A DNA stretch of 50,093 bases, the filler included, from Stramenopiles sp. TOSAG23-3 (lineage: Eukaryota): the NCBI GenBank assembly GCA_900128585.1. It is 4 parts of 4 records of this genome, joined end to end, with 100 filler letters (N's around TTAATTAATTAA, not from the genome) between each part and the next. Parts side by side here need not be neighbours in the genome. Positions count along the whole stretch, not along the records: positions 23,002 to 45,893 come from LT642323.1; 3 more parts are not named here. One strand, 5' to 3'. Under the pieces are notes generated by a model that ran no database searches, was not told the DNA's origin, and worked only from the letters and a program-made list of their open reading frames with translations. Within the stretch, counting starts at the first letter, position 1, and each line of letters begins with the position of its first letter. Both the position numbers and the translations under genes were made by a program. Positions 29,257 to 41,030 of the stretch are shown piece after piece.

Positions 29257-30138
29257 ATGAACTTCAGTATAAGATTTTGGCATCTTCTTCTATCTTGCAC
29301 TTTCTTTGTTGCAATTCGTAAAACCAGCAGTACAGTCCATAGCTTTCGGCCTCACCGGCTGAAGAAAACGCGCCCCAAAGAAATATGGGAGAAAATTCTT
29401 GTCATGACGGTTCCAGGAAGACCACATAGTGTAAATAGAATAAGACAGCTAGATAGACAATTCAAGGAGTTGGGGTTGGCATATGAAAAAGTAGAGGGAC
29501 CTTTCGCTGAGAAGTATTGTCCGTCTCAGCCTTTCAACAAAACCGCTTTTAGACGAGGGCACCACCAAGGGATAGGCCTGTTGCTTAAGGAATTCATGAT
29601 TGGATACAACCTATCTTCAGAAGATTGGGAAAACCACGATTTTCCTGAGTATCACCTTCATCTCTTCCAGGCGGCTACCTTAACGGCGCATATACGGGCA
29701 TGGAAAGTTGCATCACGGTTCCACAAGACAAGGCCAAAAGACTATTTCATGATTCTTGAGGACGACGCCACTGTAACCTCGCTAACAGACCTTCGGGCTG
29801 CTGTCGCACATGGCAGAGAAGCAAATGCGGATCTTATTTATCTGGATACTCGGAACTGTCGTATACGGGAACTAGGCGATGGAGTCGTTGTTCCTAACAA
29901 GTACCAAGCTGGTGCTGCGGGCTACATTGTTTCTGCAAAAGCTGCAAGCATGCTTCATCGTAACATACCCATGTCTATGCCCGTGGATTGGGGCATTAAT
30001 GTTGTGGCGAAAGACTTTAAATTGACAGCTTTCTGCCCAGTGCCACTTCCAATAGAAGAGCGAAAGGAGGCTGGTAGAAAAAGTAGTGTTGCCCATGCAT
30101 GTGAAAACCAATCTAAAAGCGTGGCCCGACAAAGATGA
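29257..30138 (+). CDS. Glycosyltransferase family 25-like protein
   Basis: N-terminal signal/anchor, TAHIRAW, MILEDDA, GAAGYIVSAKAA and PVDW. Confidence 0.82.
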   Translation: MNFSIRFWHLLLSCTFFVAIRKTSSTVHSFRPHRLKKTRPKEIWEKILVMTVPGRPHSVNRIRQLDRQFKELGLAYEKVEGPFAEKYCPSQPFNKTAFRRGHHQGIGLLLKEFMIGYNLSSEDWENHDFPEYHLHLFQAATLTAHIRAWKVASRFHKTRPKDYFMILEDDATVTSLTDLRAAVAHGREANADLIYLDTRNCRIRELGDGVVVPNKYQAGAAGYIVSAKAASMLHRNIPMSMPVDWGINVVAKDFKLTAFCPVPLPIEERKEAGRKSSVAHACENQSKSVARQR

Positions 30139-30768
30139 GTAGATTCATTTTCGCGGTATATGAGTTTATATTAAAGTCCTACATTTCCTCGTCGGAAGAA
30201 AAATGTATCATCAACAAAAGAGGAACGTATCATCACCGTCTTCACCAGAAGCCCTGACATTCATGACACTAAGAAGGACTATAACTAACGGCTTTTTCAA
30301 CTAATAAGATCTCAACAACAGCTGTTTTAATCAAGTGCAACAACCAATGGCAATAGAAAAATGAAGAAGGTTTTTTGGGAAAAAAGAGGAAATAGACCGA
30401 CGACATTATACTTATACTATTATATATAAACACAGCATTGATAATTTTGATTTTGTGGCTATTATTAAAAAGAAGAAGAAGAAGTGGTGGAAGAAGAAGA
30501 GAGAGGAGGGAAAAGGGAAAAGGAGTGAGGACTGAGGACAACAGAGGACGACCAGCACTCGTACAATTTATAACAAGGTGCGGTAAGGAACCACAAAGGG
30601 AAACAGACAATCTTTTTTTGTTTTCTTCGCCTATAAGTAGAAAGTATACGCGGATACACAATGAATCATAGAATGCACGTTTATATCTTGTGCTTTATTT
30701 CTGCAATAAAATATTGAGGTGGTTTTGTACCGTCCGTGTCGTGAACACATTTTTGATATTAGGTTGAG

Positions 30769-31938
30769 ATGACTTCGGTGGTTGCCACTAGGCAACCCAC
30801 TAGGCAACCCAGGCCGCGCGTAGACCGCTGCGAATACCTTGCGTCGCGGGGGCTCACTGGTATACAGCCGTTGAAGGCAATAGTAGGTCGGGCCAAAAAA
30901 AACGGTTGGGATTGGATAAATAGGATAAAACTGCATGGGGCTGTAATGAACGACCATTCTGTATCACTGACGTACTTGGTGGATACGGTCGGGGAGTGCT
31001 TGCTCGATTTACAAGACGAGGAAGGGAACACTGCGCTGCACCATGGCTGCATCTGGGGGCGCAATTCTTGCGTCGTGTATTTGTTGAGCAAGGGGGCAGC
31101 GCTGGACCTCTTGAACATGAAAGGAGAATCTGTGCTGGAGATGGCCGAGACGCGCCAGAAAAAGCTTCTGAACACTGTTGACGATGTTGCCAGCGCGAAA
31201 GGTGACCTGACAAAGGCGGACATAGAGAAAATGATCGTGGAGGGGCAGGATCTAATTCGAATCCTCGAAGGTTCTATGGTGCAGGGTTTGGGGTACCGTG
31301 AGTTTGCGAAACGTAACTCAGGCCACCACCTGGTCGCCAAGCACAGTCCATGGGCCGTCACCGCGAGCATGCGGTTGGACCTCTGCCTACTGCGATCGTT
31401 GGTGCTGAAGGATCGTGCATTTTTGACAGACTTTGTCGACAAGGCCCCGGACGACAAGGCCGTCGAAGGCGACGAAGCGGGGAAGAAGCCTTTGGCGGAA
31501 GAAAAGGCCCCGGCTGCAGGCGTGCCCCAGGTTTCCATAGAGGAGGCATTGAAACAGGGAAATCTGACAGAAAAGTGCTACTCTAGGTCGATGAGGTATT
31601 TGCAAGTCACCACCGTGACGGACCTCAGGGAAATCCGCAAAGACATGATCGCCCAGTTGGATTTGTCGGCGAAAGAGCGGCGACAACTTTGGCTGTTCAT
31701 CAAGGACAAACAACAGCACGTCGGAAGCACGGCCGGGGACGAGAAAAAGCCAAAGGGTGGAAAAAAACATTTGTCCCGGAAGGAAAAGAAGGATCAGGAG
31801 CGCCTCAAAAATGAAATGATCCGAAAAGAGAAAGAATTGAAGCTCCATAGGAAGCGACAGCACGAATCTTTCGCCGTTCTCTTTCACAAAGAAATGCCCA
31901 ATTTGCCGACAGGCAAGATCCTAAATTTTTTGTTTTGA
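30769..31938 (+). CDS. Ankyrin-repeat protein with SAM-like domain
   Basis: DEEGNTALHHGCIWGRNSCVVYLLSKGA; SAM-like SIEEALKQGNL...VTTVTDLREI..DMIAQLDLSAKERRQLW. Confidence 0.82.
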   Translation: MTSVVATRQPTRQPRPRVDRCEYLASRGLTGIQPLKAIVGRAKKNGWDWINRIKLHGAVMNDHSVSLTYLVDTVGECLLDLQDEEGNTALHHGCIWGRNSCVVYLLSKGAALDLLNMKGESVLEMAETRQKKLLNTVDDVASAKGDLTKADIEKMIVEGQDLIRILEGSMVQGLGYREFAKRNSGHHLVAKHSPWAVTASMRLDLCLLRSLVLKDRAFLTDFVDKAPDDKAVEGDEAGKKPLAEEKAPAAGVPQVSIEEALKQGNLTEKCYSRSMRYLQVTTVTDLREIRKDMIAQLDLSAKERRQLWLFIKDKQQHVGSTAGDEKKPKGGKKHLSRKEKKDQERLKNEMIRKEKELKLHRKRQHESFAVLFHKEMPNLPTGKILNFLF

Positions 31939-32633
31939 TTTTTTCTACTTGGATGGTATGTGATTATTTTTATTATGCATTACAACTATAGTCTAATAAG
32001 TACAATATTACAAGCGACATTTGATAGGGGTCGTCAATGGTTTGATTACATAGTATTTAGTATCCTCGTACAACACATATGGTATTCGTATGTACATTGG
32101 GGCTTTGTTTTTATAAAAATATATAAAATGTAAAACCGCCATACATCTGGTACAGACTCTTCAGGAGTTAATTAGACTACGAGGAAATATTACATTATTA
32201 AATACCAACTTGGTAAGAGTGAATTGTTATTTATTGTAATAATACGAGGACTGTAGAAGTCTGTATGAAATCGATTGCAACAGGATCACAGGTCACAGGG
32301 ACGGTTTTTTTTCCAAAAAAAAAAACTGGGGTTACAAAAAAAATCAACACAAGGCGATCGAAGCAAACGAAGCAAAGCAGTGTTGTGTGGTGTATTTAGA
32401 ACTCCGCCCGGCCGCCGGAAGTGTTGGGCGCCGACTCCTTCTTCTCGTATTTGTCGTAGTCGCTTGGGCAAGAATGGGCGGAGCGGTGAAGCGGTCAAGT
32501 AGTCAAAAACGAACGAACCTTTTTCAATTAACAAAACAATCCGTTTCGAACAATCAAATTATCTCCAGCGGCACATTTATATTGCAAAATATTTTCGTTC
32601 TAATAAATTATTTGTACAATAATCCTCTCCAAC

Positions 32634-32948
32634 ATGTCCAAACGAATGAAAGAGAGCAAAAAAGAAGATCCAGGCAATTACTTCTTTGAAACCCAGCAGG
32701 TGTTTGTACTGTGGCTCCGCGACTCTAGTCGAGAAAATTACACTAAGAGGCATTCCATCGACGGAAGCAGCCCGGTAGATTGGGCGCTAGCAAAAGAGGC
32801 GAAAAAAATAAAGTCAAATTATGACGATTTTCTCTCGAAAACCTTCCCAGTTACATCGGACGACAGCTGGAGTAGTAGTGAATGTGAGGAAGAGGAGGCA
32901 ACTTGGTGGGCAGAAGGGAAAAAAAGAAACAAACTGGTTCAGTTTTAA
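32634..32948 (+). CDS. Small hypothetical protein
   Basis: 104-aa ATG ORF with coding-like composition, convergent with the next gene. Confidence 0.5.
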   Translation: MSKRMKESKKEDPGNYFFETQQVFVLWLRDSSRENYTKRHSIDGSSPVDWALAKEAKKIKSNYDDFLSKTFPVTSDDSWSSSECEEEEATWWAEGKKRNKLVQF

Positions 32949-33129
32949 AAAGTACTGTGCGGAAGTGGTTATTTGTCGCACGAATCTAGTTACAAATTAG
33001 TAATAAAATGATAAAATTAAATCAAGATAATGGACATTTTACTTATATTGTACACTGGATTAATATACACCACACCGCCTTACGTTTAAGCTTTAATTTA
33101 AAAAAACATTTTCGTAATTACCGCAACCG

Positions 33130-36100
33130 TCAGCAGGATTTTAAAAACTCCAAGCTTCGTTTCAGCAGGTTGTCGACGTTCTGCTTGTACTGTTCCAGTT
33201 CGTTTCTTTCCGCATCATCAAGAGCAACGCAGATTTTACGATACAAATCGTGTTGAAGCTTCGATCGGCAATTCAGAGTGGCTTCAACAAATGCTTCTGG
33301 GGCGAGGATATCGTCGATTCCCGTGTGCGCCAAATACTCCTTCATTGAAACCGCTTCAGACGTGCCGATTATGTTGTCGATTACGGAATGAAAGGTGTGC
33401 CACGTTATTTTCCCGTTTCTGCTGACGTCAATCGCTTCGTACACTTGTATAAGCACTTCAATTTCTAACTCATGCACTGCGGACCATATTACCATCATCT
33501 CGTACAAGAACAGGTCGATCTGTATACCATTCTCCATGTTGCTTATGGACTCCAAAAGCTTCAAAGCCCCGCCCGAACCCTGAACATTAGCAAGAAGAAA
33601 AAAAAGACTACGTTAGCGCACTGGGTTTGTTAAAAAGGAAAGAAAAAGGCTCGAACAGGAGCAGAAAGAGAAACGATAAAACAGAAAGAGGAATTCCGTA
33701 CCTTGACCCAAACGGTGACTCCACCCTACAATAGCAGCGGAAACGCGGTTTTAGGCCACAGGCACAGACAGACAGACAGACAGAACGCACACACAATAAG
33801 AAAAAGACAAAAGGGGTTCACCAAACGATGGCACAAACACATTAACGACAATGAAACGGAAAAAGAACAAAACACAAATTACTTACGTCTTCGGCGCTGA
33901 AAATTCCTCGGATGATCGAGGTGGCTTTCTCCGCGGACAAAAGGCAAGGTCGATGCCCATCAAAATTGAGTCCGTCTCCCATAATGTCGACCAAACTAAC
34001 CGGCAATGTGTTCCTAATCATAAGCTCTTTTTCATCAATTTCAAATATATCAATCAAAATTCGGACAAAAAAGTCCGTCGCTTCAACGCGATTCAAATAA
34101 CTTCGCGGCTCCAAAGACCCAATGAGAAGGGCAAATAATTTACACCGAAAATTTTCTGGCGCGTAATTCATCAGTGCCGACTGCAGGTTTGAGCAGCTTT
34201 TGCCAGCAATAGAGCGAGATCCCGACTGCTTTACGTAGTACGTCCTCACAAACGTCGAGAGGTGGTCTCTCGGGCGCATGTCAGTGTCCGCAAATGAGTC
34301 TGCTATTATCTTGTCCTGGTAGATCGAAATGATGATCAAGTTCGTGTCTTCCAAAGTCATGGGGCCTTTTTTCGTTTTTTCCTGGAGCGAAGCGAGGTAC
34401 GGCTCCGTGGCCACCGCCTGAACAGGGCCCGGCTGCTGGCTCCTCGCGGCCCCGACAGGTTGGCCGTAGTTGCTCGCAACGACGTTCTCCTTCGCATCGT
34501 TCTGTAAAAGCTGGAAAAAGCTGTTTCGTCGCGGTTTCTTTTTTTTCGCCAATTTCGGACTGGCAGACGTATCCGTGTTCAGGTTCACAGCTTCTAGACT
34601 GCTCAGTTGCGATTTCTCCTTCTCGTCAATCTCGTCCATTTCACTCTTGAAGCGGGAGGCTTTCATAATCAAGTCGGAGGATTCTTTTACCTTCTTTTCT
34701 AGCTTTTCCACTTTGTTTCGAAGCGCTTCACGGTCCGATCTGGCCACGTCCCTTTGGCGCAGAACTTGCTGGAGTTTTAGCAGGGCGTTCGCGTGCACAT
34801 CTTCAATGCGCTCTATAGCATGCTTGTCTCCATTACTTGTTTGCTGGCCATTGGAATCACCAGTCACCGTTTCCTTTTCATCGCCGCTTCCATCGCTCTC
34901 GTCGCTCTCATCATCGTACAAGAACGCGCTCAATGTCTGCAAGAACGATTTGTGGAGCTTGGAGCTGTTCAGAGAGGTGTCTGCTTTCATTTCTGCGATT
35001 GGTTTCAGGAGTTTCGTGTCTATCGCTACTTGCTTGCTATTACCCCGAAGGCTCTGGACAATGTCCTGGAAGGGCTCCCCGTTCAAGATCTTCTTCAGCA
35101 TGAAACGAAAGCCACCATCGCGTTTTCCCGTGGGCATGGTTTCAAGCCACGACATTTTTTCGTGCTCCGTCGTGTTTTCTGAAAGGAACATGACGAAGTC
35201 CAACCGTTCCTTCTCGCTCATGGCTTTGAAGAGTTTCCCCATGACGGAAGAGTTTGCAACATTAGAACGGTGCGTACCAAGATCTGTCACTAAATTTTGC
35301 AATTCAGCTTCTTTCAAGGAGTCTAATATCGTTGCGAGAGTCTCCGTCCGGACTTCTCCCTTAGACCGTCGGGTCTCTTCCAAACTTATCGTGGAGTTGA
35401 CTTGGTTCTGGCTCTGCCGCCCGAGCACTACCTGCGAGGCCTCTGCGACACTTTTTTCCGCCGCTTTGCATCTACGGAACGAGATCTGATTCATCTCCAT
35501 GGATTCGTCAATCTTTCGTTTCATTACCCCGACAGCGGTGAGCATGTTTTTTTCCACCAACTCTTCTAGAATTTCCTTTTGAACTCGCAGGAGGTCGTTG
35601 ACCCGCAGTAGTAGCTGACTGTTCTCCTTGTCGACTCGGTCGTGCTCCTCAAAGTACGTTTTGGCCTGAAAGAGCCGGAAAGAGTCATCCTGACCCCCGT
35701 CCCGGTTCATCTCAGGTTTAATCTTGTCCCAGTCTACTATGACGGAGCGGTAAAACTCTTCCGCGAAGCCACTGAGCAGCCCGCCGTAGTGGGGCATTTC
35801 TATAGCTGCCTTGTCCAGGCACAGCCCGACAATGATGGACCGCAGCACATTCGGGCCTTTCCACTTGTCCGTCAACCCTAACCCTCGCCTCATTTTAAAC
35901 TCACAGAAAACAGCAAACGATTGAAACGCCGTGTTTCCAAGGTCGGCGTCTTTCAGCCACTTATTTAGCAGTCTCTTCAGCTCCAACCGTTTCGGTTTTT
36001 CTCTCTCGTAATGGTCTTGATCAATCATGACTTCATCGACGTCGTGGGACAGGAGCTCTTTTTCCAGTCGTTTGCTTGGGATGCCCTGGAAGGCCTGGGG

Positions 36101-36550
36101 GGAGGCTGCCGCAAGTGAGGGCTCCAGGGCAGCGCTTCCGGCGGACTCGTTCACAGTCATGTTAATCGTTGGCCTGTAGAATCCAGCCGTTTGAGGTCTC
36201 TTTCTGGCCTTGATTCTAGTGTTTTTTCTTAAAGCGTGGGTACGCAAGTGGGACGACATGGGACGCTTCTGCTGTTTCTTTCGTACGCCGTTCCACTCCG
36301 TGCCCCCACCAGTTTGGCGGTTGTGCTGTTCGCCAATTATTTTTAGTTTAAAGAAATTGTACCGTGGTGACGACGACGACGATGGGGCACTGCGCGCAGC
36401 AGCACTCTGCGGCCGCCCCCCTTTCATCCTGTACCTACCGGCGGTCCCAGGCCTTCTGCTGGAACGCTTCTGGCGTCTACGTACGGCCGGGGCGGACGGT
36501 GGCCGTGCCTGCCTCGGGGAGTTCTCCTTCGGTTGGACCATACGATCCAT
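33130..36550 (-). CDS. TSNAXIP1-like coiled-coil protein with EF-hand-like C-terminus (spliced)
   Basis: Predicted exons 36550-33887, 33725-33702 and 33579-33130 join in phase 0. Motifs PNVLRS...CLDK...YGGLL, IYQDKIIAD..FVRTYY...G and DVSRNGKITW..F. Confidence 0.8.
33580..33886 (-). other. Spliceosomal intron region: one 307-nt intron, or 161-nt + 122-nt introns around a 24-nt exon
   Basis: Donor GAC|GTAAGT at 33886; acceptor GCTAATGTTCAG| at 33580; internal TGTAG|24 nt|GTACGG. Confidence 0.82.
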
Positions 36551-36851
36551 ATCGAATAAAAACACTAACAACAATAAAACCGCTGTTAAAGAACCCTGAA
36601 ATAAAGTCTTTAATTACAAAAACGTTCAATTTATTAATTAGCTATGCGTCATGTAAGAATTTTGTCTTTTTTTCTTGTGAATGAATGACTTTTAAATTTA
36701 AATTGGAGTATATAATAAGACTCAAATTATTTTTTAATACCAAAACAACAACAACACAGTGTGGTGGGTTTGAAGAAAAAAAATTTAAAAAATAAATAAT
36801 AAAATATTGTAATAATAAAATAAAATAAAAATGGAATATAACGGTCCGTCG

Positions 36852-36957
36852 GGGTGTAAATGATCTATACAGGGAATACTATAGGATTAAGCTTTTCTTG
36901 TCCTGTCGTGGTCGGAAGAAGGTCGAGTCCTTTAATACCCTATTTTTAACACTTATT
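36852..36957 (-). pseudogene. Relic of a tandem duplicate of the neighbouring membrane-protein gene
   Basis: GGGTGTAAATGATCTA and TGTCGTGGTCGGAAG match 37090-37123. AATACCCTATTTTTAACACTTATT matches about 38741-38765. Confidence 0.65.
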
Positions 36958-37073
36958 TAAAATTGGAAGAAGAAAAATAAATAATTTTTTATTTTTTGAA
37001 GAAAGTCAGCAGAGGATCTTTTTTTTTAGTTGCTGCTGTCTCAACATACAATAACTATTATGACGAACGACTG

Positions 37074-38510
37074 CTATTCAAAATACTCTGGGTGTAAATG
37101 ATCTAGCTTGTCGTGGTCGGAAGGTCGTTGATTTTGAGAACTTTGCCGCCTCGAACGTTGCGCTAGTGTCCGGAGAGACGCACTGTCTTTTCGAAGCAGT
37201 TCGGCTTTATCTTGCTCCTTCGTAACGTCTCGTACGAGAAGACACATGAGGAAGAAAGCTAATATGTAAAGAACGAGAATTGTAATAACGAAGACGTCTT
37301 CAACCAAGTTAGGGTTGCGGCTCTTCTTTGGCTTGGACTCGCCGTCATCCGCGTAGATCCATTCTAGATCCATTTTAATTGCACCCATGCTCACGGTAAC
37401 CCCGATGCGAAGGACAGTTACAAGTGAGAGTGCGAACTCTTTGCCTGTCACTCTCCAATACAATACGTCTTTTATTGTGAAACGGCGGAGCCTCAGCAGG
37501 ACTTGCAAAGTCAAGAGTGTTACAGTAAATTCTACCAGGTGAAAGAATGCGACTGTCGCATGAACATGATTTTCAGCCACCTTATCCATTTCTTGAGAGA
37601 TTAATACCTCTTTTATTGTTGTTGGTTCAATGGATTTGTGTTCAAAGCGTTTGTACAGCTCGTTGTTCGTGCAATTCTCCGAGAGTTTTTTTTGAATACT
37701 GTTCCTGACACCCGCGGTGGCTTCCGGTTTAGCCCCTAATATATGGGTGCACATTGTATCAAAGCTTTGTTTTTCGGCAATTATTGCAGAAATCATACTT
37801 AGTGACAGGAAGCCAACAAGAGGTAGGCCAGCGATGAGTCTACCGGTTAATCGTGCCGAAAGATCGAAAATGCCGTCCCCATAAATCATGCGCAAAGCTT
37901 GTTTCATCTTTACCAGGACCCAGTACAGAAAGATCATGAAGACCGGCGACAAGAAACTTTTCGCAAGAAATAAAACATCGCCGTCTTTTTCGTTTATGGA
38001 GTCGCCCAGCCGAGTCACGATTTGGACAATATAGACTGCGACTGTGAGTGGCAGCAGGAAAGCAATATTTAGCTGCCAAGTTGGACACCATTTAGGACAT
38101 TGTCCGGGGCATCTTGAATGCAGCGGCAACGTACTTGCCCACATGAGAAGTAACAAATACCCGTCAACTGCCGCTCCCACCTGTTCAAAGGCATAACCTG
38201 TCCCAAGGTCAATGAGCCAGAAGGCCCCTTTCAAGAGGACCATCACCAGCAACAAGGACGTTGCAAATCTTCGTAAATTTGCCCTTTTCTTATTCAGCTT
38301 TCGTTCGATCTCCACCACATCAAATGAGGCCCTTTGCTTAAAGCTCGCACTAGCTTCCGAGCTTTTTCTTACTTGGTGACCGGTTGACCGTTTCTGTACC
38401 CCATTTGAACTTGCGGGTCCGCTTTGTACTTCCAACCGCACCTCGTCGTTCCAAGAGTTCCTTGAGGGTCTTCCCTCTGTGGTTTGCTGACTTTGCCTCG
38501 TTGACGCCAT
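37074..38510 (-). CDS. Multipass (~8 TM) membrane protein of unknown function
   Basis: First ATG at 38510 (MASTRQSQ); about eight hydrophobic segments with polar termini. Confidence 0.8.
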   Translation of the reverse strand: MASTRQSQQTTEGRPSRNSWNDEVRLEVQSGPASSNGVQKRSTGHQVRKSSEASASFKQRASFDVVEIERKLNKKRANLRRFATSLLLVMVLLKGAFWLIDLGTGYAFEQVGAAVDGYLLLLMWASTLPLHSRCPGQCPKWCPTWQLNIAFLLPLTVAVYIVQIVTRLGDSINEKDGDVLFLAKSFLSPVFMIFLYWVLVKMKQALRMIYGDGIFDLSARLTGRLIAGLPLVGFLSLSMISAIIAEKQSFDTMCTHILGAKPEATAGVRNSIQKKLSENCTNNELYKRFEHKSIEPTTIKEVLISQEMDKVAENHVHATVAFFHLVEFTVTLLTLQVLLRLRRFTIKDVLYWRVTGKEFALSLVTVLRIGVTVSMGAIKMDLEWIYADDGESKPKKSRNPNLVEDVFVITILVLYILAFFLMCLLVRDVTKEQDKAELLRKDSASLRTLAQRSRRQSSQNQRPSDHDKLDHLHPEYFE

Positions 38511-39040
38511 ATAGTGTACAAAGAGTTTTAGTGAAACGTCTTTGCGTTCCAAAACACAATATGTCGATTCTTTCCATAAATTTCAAAATATAGCGAACAA
38601 CGTGCGAAAGACATTTAGATTGTACTTGTCGGATTTTGTGCCCAGACTTAAATACCAGTAATAAAGGGTGGGCTGTTCTTCTTCAAGAAGAGTTCAAATT
38701 AGACGATGTGACTACGCGTATCGGATGGATCGTGCTTTATAATACCCTATTTTTTAACACTTATTATTATTTTCACTTCGAACTACTTCAATTTTTGAAA
38801 CGGTTTAACCTAAAATTAGACAATAATTTCGTAGTCAATATTTGGTAATGGCGTATTTTGGCTGCTGTGTCATTGCAGTCATTCATACTTGTTTTGTGAT
38901 ATAAAGGAAAATATGAAAAAATGATTCTTTTGTGGTGAAACGGTCAGTTCAATTATGAAAAGAATGAAGAGTTTTACAGAATAGAGAGAATAGAAGTATA
39001 AAGATAAAGAAAAAATAAACAACACCACAATGATGACCGT

Positions 39041-39160
39041 TCGCTCTTTTTTTTTCGTCATCGGGGCCTTTTTTTTAATTATTAATATATGAAAATAGCA
39101 TACTGAAACGAAATCTCATTCTTCGTTCTTTTTCGTCGCCGGGGCTTTTTTAAAATTAAT
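39041..39160. repeat. Degenerate ~40-bp local direct repeat
   Basis: TCGCTCTTT..TTCGTCATCGGGGCCTTTT..AATT at 39041 and TCGTTCTTTTTCGTCGCCGGGGCTTTTTTAAAATT at 39123. Confidence 0.7.
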
Positions 39161-39392
39161 TTTTAAAGAAGAAAATAATAGTAGTAGTAGTATGTAATAA
39201 AATGGAGACTTTATGCGGTATTGGAAGTATGCACCACCACGAACGGTTCTTGTGTGGCACGTAGTTGTATAAGACATTTACAATTAAATTATTTACGACT
39301 GAAATTGAATACATTAATTGCCTGTGTAAAACAACCAATTATTTTAAAACAGTGAATAAATCTCATCCCAGTTTAACAAACATCACACAAAA

Positions 39393-41030
39393 ATGCCATC
39401 CCTAAACGGAATCTTACGTTTCGCAGTTGCTGTACTTGGCCTCTTTGCCTTTGCATTTCTCCTTGGAGGAATGCTTTCGTACAAGCGAATAAGTTTCAAA
39501 GAAATGCAAGTAACGGATCCTTTGTACATGGATGTACAGTCAGGTACGGTAATACGTGATTATGGCGAGGGATTGGGTAAAATTGCCTTTGAACGAGGCC
39601 TCTCTCCATCCTCAGCTTATGGAGACAAAGTGGAGTTATACAACATGTTCTACAATAACCCTGACATGCAAGTTTGCTTTGGTAACTACGATGATCAGAG
39701 CAAGTGGATCCCTGATGAAACAACAGGATGCAGATCAACATATATCGAACACAAAGTCACTTGCGACCCGACAGCACCAAACGCAGTCGCTCGTTCAAAA
39801 ACAGAGTGGAATTATGACGACTACATTTCAGACAAGAAAAAAAATCAGCGTCAACTGGAGGTAGCCGGTCGGCAATCACATGGAGGCGAGATGGATGGTG
39901 GAGGCGAGATGGGAGTGTACCTGGCCACATCATTTGTTTCTTTGCTTGTGGGATTGTCTGTCTTCTGGTGGTCCAATGACCAGGAACGGAAGTCAGTTCA
40001 TGTGTCCTCCTTACTGTTAATGATAATTGCAATATCCTTGCCTTACATATTCTTTTATCGTACCAGAGACAACGAATTTATCAATTGGGTCGAGTGCAAA
40101 GATATGACAGACTTGGAATATTATGGTAGCGAAGCCGGGGCCACGTGTTTAACCAATACAAACGACAAAGCAGAGTGGGATAACGAAAACATTTATCTTG
40201 ACCGTATGGCTGTCGAAAAAACGAAATTATCATGCTCCTCGTTAGCAGAAGGCCAATGCAACAATGAGTGTACATGGGTTTCAACTGCAGTTTCAGGTAC
40301 AGAAGAATCAGACACCCAACAAAAGATGGCTGCACTTACAGCGAAAACCTGCAGGCCAGCAACAATGGTAGGGAGGGAGGCTTTTCCATGCACAGCCCAG
40401 CAGAAGAAATTCTGGGAAAGGGCCGGCCTTGCCTGGAAAGGCAGTACTCGCGTTCGCTTAAGCTCAGCTGTCCGCTCTTCAGATGGAAACGATTTTGCAT
40501 CCCAAAAGGTGAAATTCACAGATTACAAACTTGCTGCAGAGGATTGCATGAAAAAAAAAGACACCAAGTGCGTTACTGATCCATTATCGGCAATATCAGG
40601 TTGCACAACCCCAACTGACAATAAGCCATTATGTGATGAATATGAGTCGTTGGGAGCCGATTTCTTTTATGGACCCAAAGTTGCACTCACCAAGGCCATT
40701 TCCGGATCGACTGTATTTGACGCTTCCAGTACGTACAAAAACAATTTGGAAACTTACGGTTCATGCTCCGACGATGACCTCAAGTATCTTGAATTGAAGC
40801 TCGGTTTGGCTACATTTGCAAGGGCCGCTGTTCCAGCAGTTTGCCTCAGCGACCAAGCCGGAGAACAAAGGTCAAAGTACATGGACCAACTTCTTGCGCG
40901 GGCCGCAATTGGTCAAACTGGGATCATCTTCATGATGTTGGAGACAGCAGTAATATTTGTCCTCCTTCTGCTTGAAGTATGGACCGCCAGAAAAGAGCAA
41001 AAGCTCGACTCGGTGTCCCCAGAGGCCTAA
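39393..41030 (+). CDS. Four-TM membrane protein with two large Cys-rich loops
   Basis: 545-aa ATG ORF with hydrophobic helices at the N-terminus, two in the middle and one at the C-terminus; Cys-rich segments in between. Confidence 0.8.
   Translation: MPSLNGILRFAVAVLGLFAFAFLLGGMLSYKRISFKEMQVTDPLYMDVQSGTVIRDYGEGLGKIAFERGLSPSSAYGDKVELYNMFYNNPDMQVCFGNYDDQSKWIPDETTGCRSTYIEHKVTCDPTAPNAVARSKTEWNYDDYISDKKKNQRQLEVAGRQSHGGEMDGGGEMGVYLATSFVSLLVGLSVFWWSNDQERKSVHVSSLLLMIIAISLPYIFFYRTRDNEFINWVECKDMTDLEYYGSEAGATCLTNTNDKAEWDNENIYLDRMAVEKTKLSCSSLAEGQCNNECTWVSTAVSGTEESDTQQKMAALTAKTCRPATMVGREAFPCTAQQKKFWERAGLAWKGSTRVRLSSAVRSSDGNDFASQKVKFTDYKLAAEDCMKKKDTKCVTDPLSAISGCTTPTDNKPLCDEYESLGADFFYGPKVALTKAISGSTVFDASSTYKNNLETYGSCSDDDLKYLELKLGLATFARAAVPAVCLSDQAGEQRSKYMDQLLARAAIGQTGIIFMMLETAVIFVLLLLEVWTARKEQKLDSVSPEA

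Noticed and set aside
27192..30138. GH28 + GT25 as a bacterial-type polysaccharide locus or HGT island
   Set aside because: They are divergent single genes with eukaryotic signal peptides and ordinary spacers, with no operon or mobility features; their origin cannot be judged without phylogeny.
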